Below, piece by piece: positions 37,453-46,534 of a DNA stretch of 64,000 nt. The translations under genes were made by a program, and so were the position numbers. Numbering within the stretch: position 1 is the stretch's first letter; every line of letters starts with the position of its first letter. Below the pieces are notes generated by a model that made no database searches, was not told the DNA's origin, and worked only from the letters and a program-made list of their open reading frames with translations. The stretch is taken from the NCBI GenBank assembly GCA_949288725.1, contig CASELF010000027.1, forward strand, positions 89,487 through 153,486, written 5' to 3'. The stretch is from an uncultured bacterium. GTDB taxonomy: Bacteria > Cyanobacteriota > Vampirovibrionia > Gastranaerophilales > Gastranaerophilaceae.

Positions 37453-37626
37453 AGTCCGTATGGGTGTTAATTTTGTTCCTACATTTACATAAATAGGGAG
37501 AGTTAACTCCATTGGCATTGAAGTATACCCGCCGATATTTATATCGCCAGCGGGAAACGGATTAGTCAGGGTTCTCACCCACCTGCGAGCTCAGCAGGTA
37601 ACAAAATCCACCTATATCGGGCTTTT
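37453..37626 (+). ncRNA. Unclassified structured RNA element (stand-alone sRNA or 3'-UTR structure) ending in a U-run
   Basis: This is a GC-rich island in AT-rich DNA. A 13-bp closing helix pairs 37453-37465 with 37608-37621 (1-nt bulge, 2 G-U) and is followed directly by TTTTT. Internal hairpins: GGAG/CTCC (37496-37509), CCCGC-CGATA...TATCG-GCGGG (37527-37553), GGATT/AATCC (37558-37608) enclosing GGGT/ACCC (37568-37579) and ACCTGC/GCAGGT (37580-37598). Confidence 0.5.
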
Positions 37627-37639
37627 TATATTTTAACTG

Positions 37640-37668
37640 TTTGCTAAACCTCAAAAAACATGCTATAA
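37640..37668 (+). promoter_or_regulatory. Near-consensus sigma-70 promoter for the CpaE-like operon
   Basis: TTGCTA (37640-37645), a 17-nt spacer ending in TGC (extended -10), then TATAAT (37663-37668). This is 21 nt upstream of the ATG at 37690, with AGGTAGGT as the SD. Confidence 0.65.
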
Positions 37669-37689
37669 TCTCTTTATAGGTAGGTATTT

Positions 37690-38865
37690 ATGCAAAAAAT
37701 TTCCACACTAATACTTTCTGATGAATATGCAACCGAGCAAGTTCTGAAATTATTTGTAAGTGAATTTGATAACCTTGAATTGATTGAATCTACAAATAAT
37801 TATTCAGAAATTATGGAAATTCTTTCAAACACACCTGATAAAACAATTTTTATTGTAGATTTGTCAGTAAACAAACAAGAAAAGTTAGATTTAATATTAA
37901 AAGTTACCTCCAGATGTCCAAATTGTAAGGTATTAGCACTTGCTGATAATCCTTCAGTTGACTTAATTATACAAATAATGAGAGCAGGAGCAAGAGAATT
38001 TATACCTGTTCCTATTATAAAAAACGAATTTTTTGAAGCGATAAATAAAACAATTTCACAATTTGAAGAAACAAAAAAAATTAACAAATGCAAAATAATT
38101 TCTGTATTTTCAAATAAAGGCGGAATTGGAAAAACATCTTTAGCGACCAATTTAGCACTTGAGTTATCAAAAATAACAAAAGAAAATGTTGCACTTATTG
38201 ATATGAATTTTCAAATGGGTGATATAACAACCTTTTTGGACTTAAAACCATCTTTCAATATTTCTTATATGCTTGAAAATATTGACAAAATTAACGAAAC
38301 TTTTTTACTAAGTACTCTTGAAAAATACAAAAACACCAATTTATACATATTGGCAGATCCCCCGTATTTTAAACAAGCAGACAATATTCAAGCAAAGCAG
38401 ATAACAAAATTATTCAACACACTAAAAGATACATTCTCATACATAATAGTTGATGCAGAATCAAGTTTCAATGCCAAAAATATTGCGACATTAGACAATT
38501 CAGATTTAATTTTGCTGGTTACTGTTGCAAACTTACCGGCATTAAGAAACACACAAAGATGTCTTGAATTATTTGAAAAACTTGGTTACGACAAAGAAAA
38601 AACTCAAATTGTCGTAAATCGTTATATGGAAAATGATGAAATTAAAGAAGCAGATATTGAAAAAGTTTTATCAAAAGATATTTACTGGAAAATACCAAAC
38701 AATTACTTTGCAATAATGACAGCAATAAATAAAGGTATTCCGGTAAGTGTTTTAAACAGTTCAACTAATGTTGCTCAAAGTTACAAAGATTTAGCGCAAA
38801 AAATTTCTGATAACTTATACAAACAAAATATGATACTAAAATTTGAAAACATATTAAAACAGTAA
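37690..38865 (+). CDS. CpaE/TadZ-like protein: receiver-like N-domain fused to a MinD/ParA-type ATPase
   Basis: The N-terminal ~120 aa are REC-like (LILSDEY, IFIVDLS). The C-terminal part has the deviant Walker A SNKGGIGKTSLATNLA and the MinD/ParA fold pattern (IIVDAES...). Confidence 0.7.
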   Translation: MQKISTLILSDEYATEQVLKLFVSEFDNLELIESTNNYSEIMEILSNTPDKTIFIVDLSVNKQEKLDLILKVTSRCPNCKVLALADNPSVDLIIQIMRAGAREFIPVPIIKNEFFEAINKTISQFEETKKINKCKIISVFSNKGGIGKTSLATNLALELSKITKENVALIDMNFQMGDITTFLDLKPSFNISYMLENIDKINETFLLSTLEKYKNTNLYILADPPYFKQADNIQAKQITKLFNTLKDTFSYIIVDAESSFNAKNIATLDNSDLILLVTVANLPALRNTQRCLELFEKLGYDKEKTQIVVNRYMENDEIKEADIEKVLSKDIYWKIPNNYFAIMTAINKGIPVSVLNSSTNVAQSYKDLAQKISDNLYKQNMILKFENILKQ

Positions 38866-38888
38866 AAGTAAAATATTTGGGGGGTAAA

Positions 38889-39305
38889 ATGGGGCTTGCT
38901 GAGAGATTTAAAAACAAACTGGAGAATAAAGACATCTACAAAAAAGAAGTTATTGAACAGAAGTTGGAAGAAAATGATATAAAATTCATTTCAAAACCAA
39001 TAGAAGATAAGATTGTGCCCAAAAATATTTCAATACAAACACCGGTAACAATACCTGATGTTATTCCAGAGAAAGAAATCAAAAGTGAAAAACGTGAAAA
39101 TCTTGAGAACTTGGAAACAGAAATCATTGATAAAATTAGAAAAACTCCCTACTGGGAAGAATATACTAAAGAACAACAAATAAATATGATAGAAAAATAT
39201 TTCAATGTTAAAACAAAATCCGCTAAATACAATTCTGTAGAATATTCAACCAGAGATAAACAAGTATTTATAACCACAGTATTAACACTTGCAAATAACA
39301 GGTAG
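38889..39305 (+). CDS. Hypothetical protein (138 aa), K/E-rich, downstream partner of the CpaE-like gene
   Basis: The ATG at 38889 is preceded by GGGGGG. It lies 24 nt after the CpaE-like stop. No motif recognised. Confidence 0.5.
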   Translation: MGLAERFKNKLENKDIYKKEVIEQKLEENDIKFISKPIEDKIVPKNISIQTPVTIPDVIPEKEIKSEKRENLENLETEIIDKIRKTPYWEEYTKEQQINMIEKYFNVKTKSAKYNSVEYSTRDKQVFITTVLTLANNR

Positions 39306-39308
39306 AAA

Positions 39309-39347
39309 ATAAAAAAAGCCCGAAAACTATAATATAAGTTTTCGGGT
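39309..39347. terminator. Hairpin terminator between convergent genes
   Basis: CCCGAAAAC (39319-39327) pairs with GTTTTCGGG (39338-39346). The A-run at 39309-39317 gives a U-run on the minus strand, so it is strongest for the 39374-40351 gene. Confidence 0.7.
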
Positions 39348-39373
39348 AAAACATTTATAAGGGGAAAATATTA

Positions 39374-40351
39374 TTATTCTTGTTTTTCATTATTATCATT
39401 ATTTTCAATAACTTCCTGAGCCTCATTATTTTCTGAAGCATTTTCAAGCGGATCAGGAATTCTTAATTGCTCTTTATAGATATCTGTGTAAGCATCTCCG
39501 ACAGCACAAGTTACCATAGTATTAACATAATTTTGAGCAAGTCCGGCTAAAGTACAAATTGGTAAAACTAATAATATAAATACCAAATAATTAGCGAACT
39601 CAGGTTCAGATGATGTAGTTACTGAAGTTCCTATACCTGCAAAGATAAATACTAAGGCTAAAATAACAGTCAAAACTGTCTGAACAACCATATTGACAAT
39701 AATTGAAGCTAACAGGAATTTCAACATAGTAATCATAGTATCTTTAAACACTTTTTTAATATAATAAACAAGAGTTAACGGATTGAAATACTCAGGTCGA
39801 TACACAAAATCTTCAATGAAAGATAAATAAATATAGTTAGAAAAAGGTGTAACAACCATAAAAAGTACTGCCAAAATTAAATTCAATACTGCAAAAACAA
39901 TAACAAAAAGTATAATCACACCAACCATCTCAGCTTTATTATGAGAAGAAACAATATATGATACAAAAAGAATTATAGGAAGAATAAATCCGATAAAAAC
40001 AATAATCATTGCATACAAACCCCAAACAAATTGTAAAGGAAAGACCTTTAACCCTTTTACAAAAGTTTGAAGATTAATTTTAGGAAGCCCAACTTGAGAT
40101 TTTATTCTACTTCTATAGAAATCGACAAAAAATCCTGATAAAAAGAATAATGGAATAATAGATAATACCATCAATACTACAAGAACAATTAATGCTGGTA
40201 TTATAATTTCTTTAGGGGTTTCTTTATCAATGACATAGTTCATACAACAAAGAATAGAAGGTAGTAATAAAACAACCAACAACATTCCATGACGTTTTAA
40301 ACGCTCTTCCCCCTGATACAGGGCTTTAAACTTTGCTAATACTTTCTCCAT
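39374..40351 (-). CDS. Polytopic membrane protein, unknown function (possibly DUF4013-like)
   Basis: 325 aa with ~7 hydrophobic helices and an acidic N/E-rich tail. It shares the loop pattern (LP.IN...F..GLK) with the ORF at 42646-43464. Confidence 0.55.
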   Translation of the reverse strand: MEKVLAKFKALYQGEERLKRHGMLLVVLLLPSILCCMNYVIDKETPKEIIIPALIVLVVLMVLSIIPLFFLSGFFVDFYRSRIKSQVGLPKINLQTFVKGLKVFPLQFVWGLYAMIIVFIGFILPIILFVSYIVSSHNKAEMVGVIILFVIVFAVLNLILAVLFMVVTPFSNYIYLSFIEDFVYRPEYFNPLTLVYYIKKVFKDTMITMLKFLLASIIVNMVVQTVLTVILALVFIFAGIGTSVTTSSEPEFANYLVFILLVLPICTLAGLAQNYVNTMVTCAVGDAYTDIYKEQLRIPDPLENASENNEAQEVIENNDNNEKQE

Positions 40352-40609
40352 ACCATAAATCCTTTCTAAAAATGTTTTATAACTTAATATCTAACGTATT
40401 CTTTGACAAATTTTGGGAAACCCCAAATAAGCCTGATAAATCTTATTATATCCATATAATTACACCTCTTAAAATCACTCTAATACAAAACAAATATCGA
40501 CTTATATATGAAAAACTTTAACTACTCACCCAAACAATTTACAAAAGGTTACATAAAGGAACAATAATATTTATACAAGGAAACCCAATTTTGTACTAAA
40601 ATAAAAAGT

Positions 40610-42598
40610 ATGGAATATCACAAATTCAAAATAAATTCAAAATATAAACCAGCAGGTGATCAACCAAAAGCAATAGAACAATTATCACAAGGGATAAAAG
40701 ATGGTTATGATACCCAAACATTACTTGGTATAACAGGCTCTGGGAAAACATTTACTATCGCAAATGTCATAGAGCAAGTTCAAAAACCAACCCTTATAAT
40801 TGCTCACAACAAAACACTTGCTGCACAATTATATAATGAATTTAAAGAACTTTTTCCGGATAATGCAGTTGAATATTTCATAAGTTACTATGATTATTAC
40901 CAACCTGAAGCCTATATACCAAGAACTGACACCTACATAGAAAAATCATCTTCAATCAATGAAGAAATCGATAGACTTCGCCACAATACAACAAGGAGTT
41001 TATATGAAAGAAACGATGTAATAGTTGTGTCATCAGTAAGTTGCATATATGGTTTAGGCCTACCTGAAAACTACTTTAAAGGCTCAACAGAAATAAAAGT
41101 AGGTGACACAATAGATAGAGATGACCTGCTGAAATACTTTGTAAGCGTAAGATATGAAAGAAACGACTTAGAACTAAAATGCTCAACCTTTAGAGCAAGA
41201 GGCGATATTGTAGAAATTATGCCTGCTTACGAAAAAATAATAACAAGATTCTATTTCTGGGGAGATGAAATAGAAAAAATAGTAAAAATAGATAACGTAT
41301 CAGGAGAAATTCTGGAAACGCCAAAATCAGTTGTAATATACCCTGCAGTGCACTACCTATCTTATGATGAAAACACAGACGAAACAATAGACCTGATAAA
41401 ACAAGAACTACAACAAAGACTTGTTGAACTAAATAATGAAAATAAACTTTTAGAAGCCCAACGTCTTGAACAAAGAGTAAAATACGATATAGAAATGATA
41501 AAAGAAATGGGCTATTGTACAGGAATAGAGAACTATTCAAGAATAATCGAAAGACGTCCGCCAGGTTCTCCACCAGCAACCTTACTTGATTATTTTCCAA
41601 AAGACTTTCTAACCGTAATCGATGAATCACACGTAACATTGCCGCAAATCAAAGGAATGAGCCACGGTGATGCTGCCAGAAAGAAAATTTTAGTGGATTA
41701 TGGATTTAGATTGCCGTGCGCAAAGGATAACCGGCCTTTAACAAATGAAGAATTTTTCAAACGTGTCGGACAAAAAATATATATATCAGCAACACCTGCT
41801 GAATTTGAACAAAAAACTTCAACGCAAATTGTTGAACAAATTATAAGACCGACAGGACTTCTTGATCCAAAAATTTCAGTTAGACCAATAGATTCTCAAA
41901 TTCCTGATTTGAAAAACGAGATTAAAAAACGTGCACAAAAAGATGAACGTATCTTAATTACAACACTAACAAAACGAATGGCAGAAGACTTGACCGATTT
42001 CTTTATCCAAGAAGGAATACGGGTTAGATACCTGCATAGTGAAATAAAATCAATAGAAAGAGTCGAAATACTAAGAGATCTGCGACTTGGGGAATTTGAT
42101 GTTTTAATAGGCGTTAACTTGCTAAGGGAAGGTCTTGATATTCCTGAAGTTTCACTTGTTGCAATAATGGATGCAGATAAAGAAGGATTCTTGCGCTCAG
42201 ATACAAGTTTAATCCAAACAATAGGAAGAGCAGCAAGGAATGCTTGCGGTGAAGTTATAATGTATGCTGATAAAATAACAGATTCAATGGCAAAAGCAAT
42301 ACAAGAAACAGAACGCCGGAGAAAATTACAAATCGAATACAACACTAAACACAACATTATCCCGCAAACAATTAAAAAACCTATAGAAAATAATCTTTTA
42401 TCTCTTGTTGCAAGTTACAGAGATTTAGAAGACATAGTTGCTGAAGAAATGGTTGATTTAGGCATAGAGAAAAAAGACTTGCCAAAACTTATAGATAAAC
42501 TGGAAAAAGATATGCATAAAGCAGCCAAAGTTCTTGATTTTGAAAGAGCAGCCCAAATTAGAGATCAATTAAAAAAACTAAGAGAAATGAAAGACTAA
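40610..42598 (+). CDS. uvrB: Excinuclease ABC subunit B
   Basis: 662 aa. Walker A GITGSGKT, beta-hairpin region [14 protein letters not shown] box and a C-terminal UVR domain ([13 protein letters not shown]). Confidence 0.96.
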   Translation: MEYHKFKINSKYKPAGDQPKAIEQLSQGIKDGYDTQTLLGITGSGKTFTIANVIEQVQKPTLIIAHNKTLAAQLYNEFKELFPDNAVEYFISYYDYYQPEAYIPRTDTYIEKSSSINEEIDRLRHNTTRSLYERNDVIVVSSVSCIYGLGLPENYFKGSTEIKVGDTIDRDDLLKYFVSVRYERNDLELKCSTFRARGDIVEIMPAYEKIITRFYFWGDEIEKIVKIDNVSGEILETPKSVVIYPAVHYLSYDENTDETIDLIKQELQQRLVELNNENKLLEAQRLEQRVKYDIEMIKEMGYCTGIENYSRIIERRPPGSPPATLLDYFPKDFLTVIDESHVTLPQIKGMSHGDAARKKILVDYGFRLPCAKDNRPLTNEEFFKRVGQKIYISATPAEFEQKTSTQIVEQIIRPTGLLDPKISVRPIDSQIPDLKNEIKKRAQKDERILITTLTKRMAEDLTDFFIQEGIRVRYLHSEIKSIERVEILRDLRLGEFDVLIGVNLLREGLDIPEVSLVAIMDADKEGFLRSDTSLIQTIGRAARNACGEVIMYADKITDSMAKAIQETERRRKLQIEYNTKHNIIPQTIKKPIENNLLSLVASYRDLEDIVAEEMVDLGIEKKDLPKLIDKLEKDMHKAAKVLDFERAAQIRDQLKKLREMKD

Positions 42599-42634
42599 AA
42601 AAAGAGGTTCTATTTAATAATAGAACCTCTTTTA
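42596..42634. terminator. Bidirectional intrinsic terminator after uvrB
   Basis: AAGAGGTTCTAT (42601-42612) pairs with ATAGAACCTCTT (42619-42630), flanked by an A-run and a T-run. Confidence 0.8.
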
Positions 42635-42645
42635 TATTTATAAAA

Positions 42646-43464
42646 CTACTTATTGTTATTTTTGTTTTTAATATTATAAAAAATCGTACCGAGAAGGTTA
42701 CGTTTGAAATCAACCTTAACAGAATCACCCGTAACATCACTAAATGAAGTGTTAAATTGATATTCAGAATCATCACCCTTAACAAATTCAGTAGAAGCCT
42801 GAGCAAAATAATTGCCCAAGATTGAAACATTCACAACAAAAATACAAGAGCAATAAGCAACAAAAGTCCAATGGTCAAACGGAACCTTGAAGAAGAAAAA
42901 TAAATAAGCCACAGGCCCAACTAACAAAAGGTTAACAATTGCCCATTGAGGAATTACAAACAATAAATGTAATAAAACATCAGAGCAAGATTCAGAAATT
43001 ACCTTGTAATTAAAACCTTGTTTAATTGATTGAAATTTAGCAAAAGCCAAATAAGAGGTTAAAATTATAGACCCGCAAATAAGCCATATAATGCAATGAA
43101 AAATTGAATTAAAATGAGGTACATCCTTGATAGGGAAATTATATCTGGTAATATAATAACCGATAGTACCAAAAATTAACCCGTTAGGAATAAGTACAAT
43201 AATAGTTTTCAATAATCCAATTAAAAAAGCAATCGGATTAAGAGTTAAAACTTCCTGTTTATTTGTTCGGACATTATAAATAGCCTGGGTAAATAATCCA
43301 AATATAATAATACCTAAAATAGGTGCAAATGTATTAAACAAATTCATTTGACCAATCATAAAGAAATGAGCAACAAAATAAACCGGTATTGCAAAAATAA
43401 CGAATTTTAAATATGCAAATTTCTCACTAAATGCGTCACGAAACGCATCTATCATCGAAGCCAT
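42646..43464 (-). CDS. Polytopic membrane protein, unknown function (paralogue-like of 39374-40351)
   Basis: 272 aa with ~6-7 TM helices. No catalytic motif recognised. Confidence 0.55.
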   Translation of the reverse strand: MASMIDAFRDAFSEKFAYLKFVIFAIPVYFVAHFFMIGQMNLFNTFAPILGIIIFGLFTQAIYNVRTNKQEVLTLNPIAFLIGLLKTIIVLIPNGLIFGTIGYYITRYNFPIKDVPHFNSIFHCIIWLICGSIILTSYLAFAKFQSIKQGFNYKVISESCSDVLLHLLFVIPQWAIVNLLLVGPVAYLFFFFKVPFDHWTFVAYCSCIFVVNVSILGNYFAQASTEFVKGDDSEYQFNTSFSDVTGDSVKVDFKRNLLGTIFYNIKNKNNNK

Positions 43465-43496
43465 AAAACCTCCTTCTATAATCTAACTGTAAAAAC

Positions 43497-44564
43497 TTAG
43501 CCTTGGATAAGACGTTTTAACTCAGCCGGTTTAGAAGATTTGGAAACAGCATCTTCAATAGTAACCAGACCTTTTTTGAACAATTCAGCAAGAGCAGATT
43601 CCAAAGTTTGCATACCAGAACCTGAACTTGTTTGAATAGTAGAATAAATCTGTGCAGCTTTTGCCTCTCTGATAAGGTTTGCAATAGCCGGAGTAACAAC
43701 CATAATTTCCTGAGCCATAACACGACCTTTTTTAGAGCCATCCGGTTGACGTCTTGGTAACAGAGTCTGAGAGAACACAGCAACAAGAGAGTTTGCTAAC
43801 TGTACACGAATTTGTTGTTGCTGACCTTCAGGGAAAACGTCGATAATACGGTCAATAGTTTGAGCCGCAGAAGACGTGTGCAAAGTACCAAACACAAGGT
43901 GACCTGTTTCAGCAGCAGTTAATGCTAAAGCAATAGTTTCATGGTCACGCATCTCACCAACCAGAATAATATCAGGGTCTTCACGAAGTGCGGATTTAAG
44001 AGCATTAGCAAACGATCTTGTATCCATACCCAATTCTCTTTGGTGAATAATAGAGTTTTTAGAAGTATGCACAAATTCGACAGGGTCTTCAATAGTTAAA
44101 ATATGTTCAGCACGAGTTCTGTTTATATAATCAACCATTGCTGCCAAAGTTGTAGATTTACCTGAACCTGTAGGACCTGTAACTAATATAAGACCTCTTG
44201 GTTTTTCAGCGATTGTTGTAACAATAGGAGGCATACCTAACTCTTCCAATTGAGGAGCAGTAGTCGCAATTGTTCTGAATGCTGCAGCATAAGCACCTTT
44301 ATCCTTGTAGAAGTTAACCCTGAAACGACCAATACCTTCTACACCATAAGAAAAGTCTAATTCCCAATCTTGTTCAAGGTGACGTCTTTGCTCATTAGAT
44401 AACATAGGGAACAATAACTGTTCAACATCTTCTGCTGATAACGGTTCATAATCAAAACGAACCAATTTACCATCTATACGACCTACAGGAGGCAATTTGC
44501 TTGATATATGTAAGTCAGAACCGCCTCTTTCTTTCAATTCATTCAACAAATCTTCAATAACCAT
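43497..44564 (-). CDS. pilT: Type IV pilus retraction ATPase PilT
   Basis: 355 aa. Walker A GPTGSGKST, Asp box/Walker B (ILVGEMRD), His box (GHLVFGTLHT) and the PilT-specific AIANLIRE. Confidence 0.9.
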   Translation of the reverse strand: MVIEDLLNELKERGGSDLHISSKLPPVGRIDGKLVRFDYEPLSAEDVEQLLFPMLSNEQRRHLEQDWELDFSYGVEGIGRFRVNFYKDKGAYAAAFRTIATTAPQLEELGMPPIVTTIAEKPRGLILVTGPTGSGKSTTLAAMVDYINRTRAEHILTIEDPVEFVHTSKNSIIHQRELGMDTRSFANALKSALREDPDIILVGEMRDHETIALALTAAETGHLVFGTLHTSSAAQTIDRIIDVFPEGQQQQIRVQLANSLVAVFSQTLLPRRQPDGSKKGRVMAQEIMVVTPAIANLIREAKAAQIYSTIQTSSGSGMQTLESALAELFKKGLVTIEDAVSKSSKPAELKRLIQG

Positions 44565-44580
44565 ATTTATATCTCCAACC

Positions 44581-44832
44581 TTATTCTGTATATTTCATAA
44601 TTGCATCACTATCATTAGCAGCCATTTCTATTAACAAATAGACCATATAAGCGCCCAACGCAACCGCTTTAGGATCAAGGCTTGTTTTATTTGCTGCTTC
44701 AATAATTGCAGTATTTACTTCAGGATTTTCGTCCTTTATGTAATGAATCATTTTCTTACGCCATGCTGGCATATCTTCAAAAATTTCAGCAAATGCCGTA
44801 GTTGCGATATCTTCTGTTATAACTGGTAACAT
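44581..44832 (-). CDS. Hypothetical small protein (83 aa) upstream of pilT
   Basis: ORF 16 nt upstream of pilT on the same strand. Acidic and helical, with no motif recognised. Confidence 0.45.
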   Translation of the reverse strand: MLPVITEDIATTAFAEIFEDMPAWRKKMIHYIKDENPEVNTAIIEAANKTSLDPKAVALGAYMVYLLIEMAANDSDAIMKYTE

Positions 44833-44942
44833 ATTAAATAAAGCCCTTCCTATTCTACCCTCTCAATATTTTGATTATACACTAAATTTCCCCTTATGTC
44901 TATATTTCAGTAAAAATCCTATGTTTGCAGTATAATTCATTT

Positions 44943-46055
44943 ATGAAATTAATCAATCTTAAATTGACAAACTATAGAAACTGCAAAGACTTATTCTTAA
45001 ACTTTGATAAAACCAAAGTACTTATAATAGGTAAAAATGCGCAAGGAAAAACAAACATTCTAGAAAGCATCTACTATCTTTCGACACTAAAAACACCACG
45101 AACATCAAACACAACCGAACTTATAAACTTTGATAAGGAATATTTCAGAATAGACTCAGAAATAATCAAATCAAATACAGAAATTTCAATGTCATACGCA
45201 TACAACAGAGAAAAAAAGCGTGAAATTAAACTAAACAATGTCAAATCTACAATAAAAGATTTTAGAGCAGTATTAAAAACGGTATTATTTGCATCTTCAG
45301 ACCTGTTACTTCTGAGAGGAACGCCACAAGACAGAAGAGATTGGCTAGATAGAGCAATCTCACAAATTTATCCGGCTTATGATGATAGATTATCGAAATA
45401 TGAAAAAATACGCATTCAAAAAAACAACTTTCTAAAAGCTTGTGCAAAAGCAAACACAATGGATGAATCCTTATTGGAGGTTTTTAACGAACAACTGTCA
45501 ATTACAGGAAGTAACATCATTTATATAAGAAAAAAATACCTAAAAGAAATAGAAAAAATTGCACTAACAAAACACAAAACAATAAGCGAAACCGAAGAAC
45601 TATCTTTAAAGTACGATTGCAACTTTCTTGGAGTAAATTCAGAGATTGAAGAAATCGAACAAATCAAATCAAAGTTTGACGCCTCACTAAAAGAAAGAAT
45701 GCAAGAAGAAATCCGACGCTGTCAATCTTGTGTCGGCCCCCACAGGGATGATATTATTTTTTACATAAACAATCAAGAAGCGACAAAATTTGCCTCACAA
45801 GGACAGCAAAGAACAATTGTACTTTCGCTAAAATTATCCGAACTAGATATAATAACTGACAAAACAGGCGAAGAACCTATATTATTACTTGATGATGTAT
45901 TAGCAGAACTGGATGACATAAGACAAAATTATCTGCTAAAATCAATCAATCCACAAACCCAAACAATAATAACCTCAGTTGATACAATTCTTTTCGAAGA
46001 AGAATTTTTAAAAGATGTACAAATCTACAAAATTGATAATGGTAACTGTATATAA
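44943..46055 (+). CDS. recF: DNA replication and repair protein RecF
   Basis: MKLINLKLTNYRN start, Walker A GKNAQGKTN, signature ASQGQQRT and Walker B LLLDDVLAELD. Start set by homology at the ATG at 44943. Confidence 0.9.
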   Translation: MKLINLKLTNYRNCKDLFLNFDKTKVLIIGKNAQGKTNILESIYYLSTLKTPRTSNTTELINFDKEYFRIDSEIIKSNTEISMSYAYNREKKREIKLNNVKSTIKDFRAVLKTVLFASSDLLLLRGTPQDRRDWLDRAISQIYPAYDDRLSKYEKIRIQKNNFLKACAKANTMDESLLEVFNEQLSITGSNIIYIRKKYLKEIEKIALTKHKTISETEELSLKYDCNFLGVNSEIEEIEQIKSKFDASLKERMQEEIRRCQSCVGPHRDDIIFYINNQEATKFASQGQQRTIVLSLKLSELDIITDKTGEEPILLLDDVLAELDDIRQNYLLKSINPQTQTIITSVDTILFEEEFLKDVQIYKIDNGNCI

Positions 46056-46060
46056 ACACT

Positions 46061-46095
46061 AAAAAACAGGTAAGAGAAAATTATTCTCCTACCTG
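46061..46095. terminator. Hairpin terminator between recF and the convergent small ORF
   Basis: CAGGTAAGAGAA (46067-46078) pairs with TTCTCCTACCTG (46084-46095) with 1 mismatch. The A-run at 46061-46066 gives a U-run on the minus strand. Confidence 0.6.
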
Positions 46096-46106
46096 CGCGA
46101 CAATGT

Positions 46107-46370
46107 TTAAGCGACATAAACAACAGTTGGAATTTTATTTAACACAGCCAAAGTTCTTTCGGCTTCATAATTTGCTAATTTTGCCTTTTCTGCCAATGTC
46201 CGTTCTTCTTTAGGTTTTTGTTTGATAGCCTCAATTTCTTTCATTTCAGCCAATGCTTTTTGCATTTCTACCTTTTTAATAATAACATCCAATGGAGTAT
46301 TATCCTTTTTTCTGCTTGGGGCAAAAGTTCCATTTACTGCTGCTGGGGTTAATCCTGACACATCTAACAT
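46107..46370 (-). CDS. Hypothetical small protein (87 aa), K/E-rich coiled-coil
   Basis: The ATG at 46370 has AGGAG 8 nt upstream. A terminator follows. No motif recognised. Confidence 0.5.
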   Translation of the reverse strand: MLDVSGLTPAAVNGTFAPSRKKDNTPLDVIIKKVEMQKALAEMKEIEAIKQKPKEERTLAEKAKLANYEAERTLAVLNKIPTVVYVA

Positions 46371-46482
46371 AACATACACTCCTTTTTTCTTGACACTACA
46401 CTATATTTCGACACTATATATTTACTAAAACATATTTTTTACATTTTTTGCTACCTTAAAATAAATTTTAACATTTGGAAAT

Positions 46483-46510
46483 AAAAAAAGGACCTCAAAT
46501 ACAAGGTCCT
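46483..46510 (-). terminator. Intrinsic terminator after the MFS transporter gene
   Basis: AGGACC (46489-46494) pairs with GGTCCT (46505-46510). The minus-strand U-run comes from the A-run at 46483-46489. Confidence 0.6.
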
Positions 46511-46534
46511 TTCCATCTATAAATTATATAAAAA

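Noticed and set aside
37453-37626. Assignment of the structured RNA to a known class (TPP or cobalamin riboswitch, SRP RNA, 6S RNA, T-box, glmS).
   Set aside because: Only fragments resemble the riboswitch cores: CCAGCGGGAAA versus the TPP CCAGCGUAGGGAA, and AGTCAGG...ACCTGC versus the B12 box. The essential elements (CUGAGA for TPP, an intact B12 box, the SRP GGAA tetraloop with AGCA loops) are missing. The downstream gene has its own promoter after the U-run. The element is therefore left unclassified rather than named.
40333-40521. A 62-aa ORF in the intergenic region upstream of uvrB, and a TTTGGG-AAAC-CCCAAA hairpin / possible LexA (Cheo) box.
   Set aside because: The ORF has no SD and its composition is junk-like. 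No GAAC-N4-GTTC SOS box is present, and the hairpin is short with no clear role.
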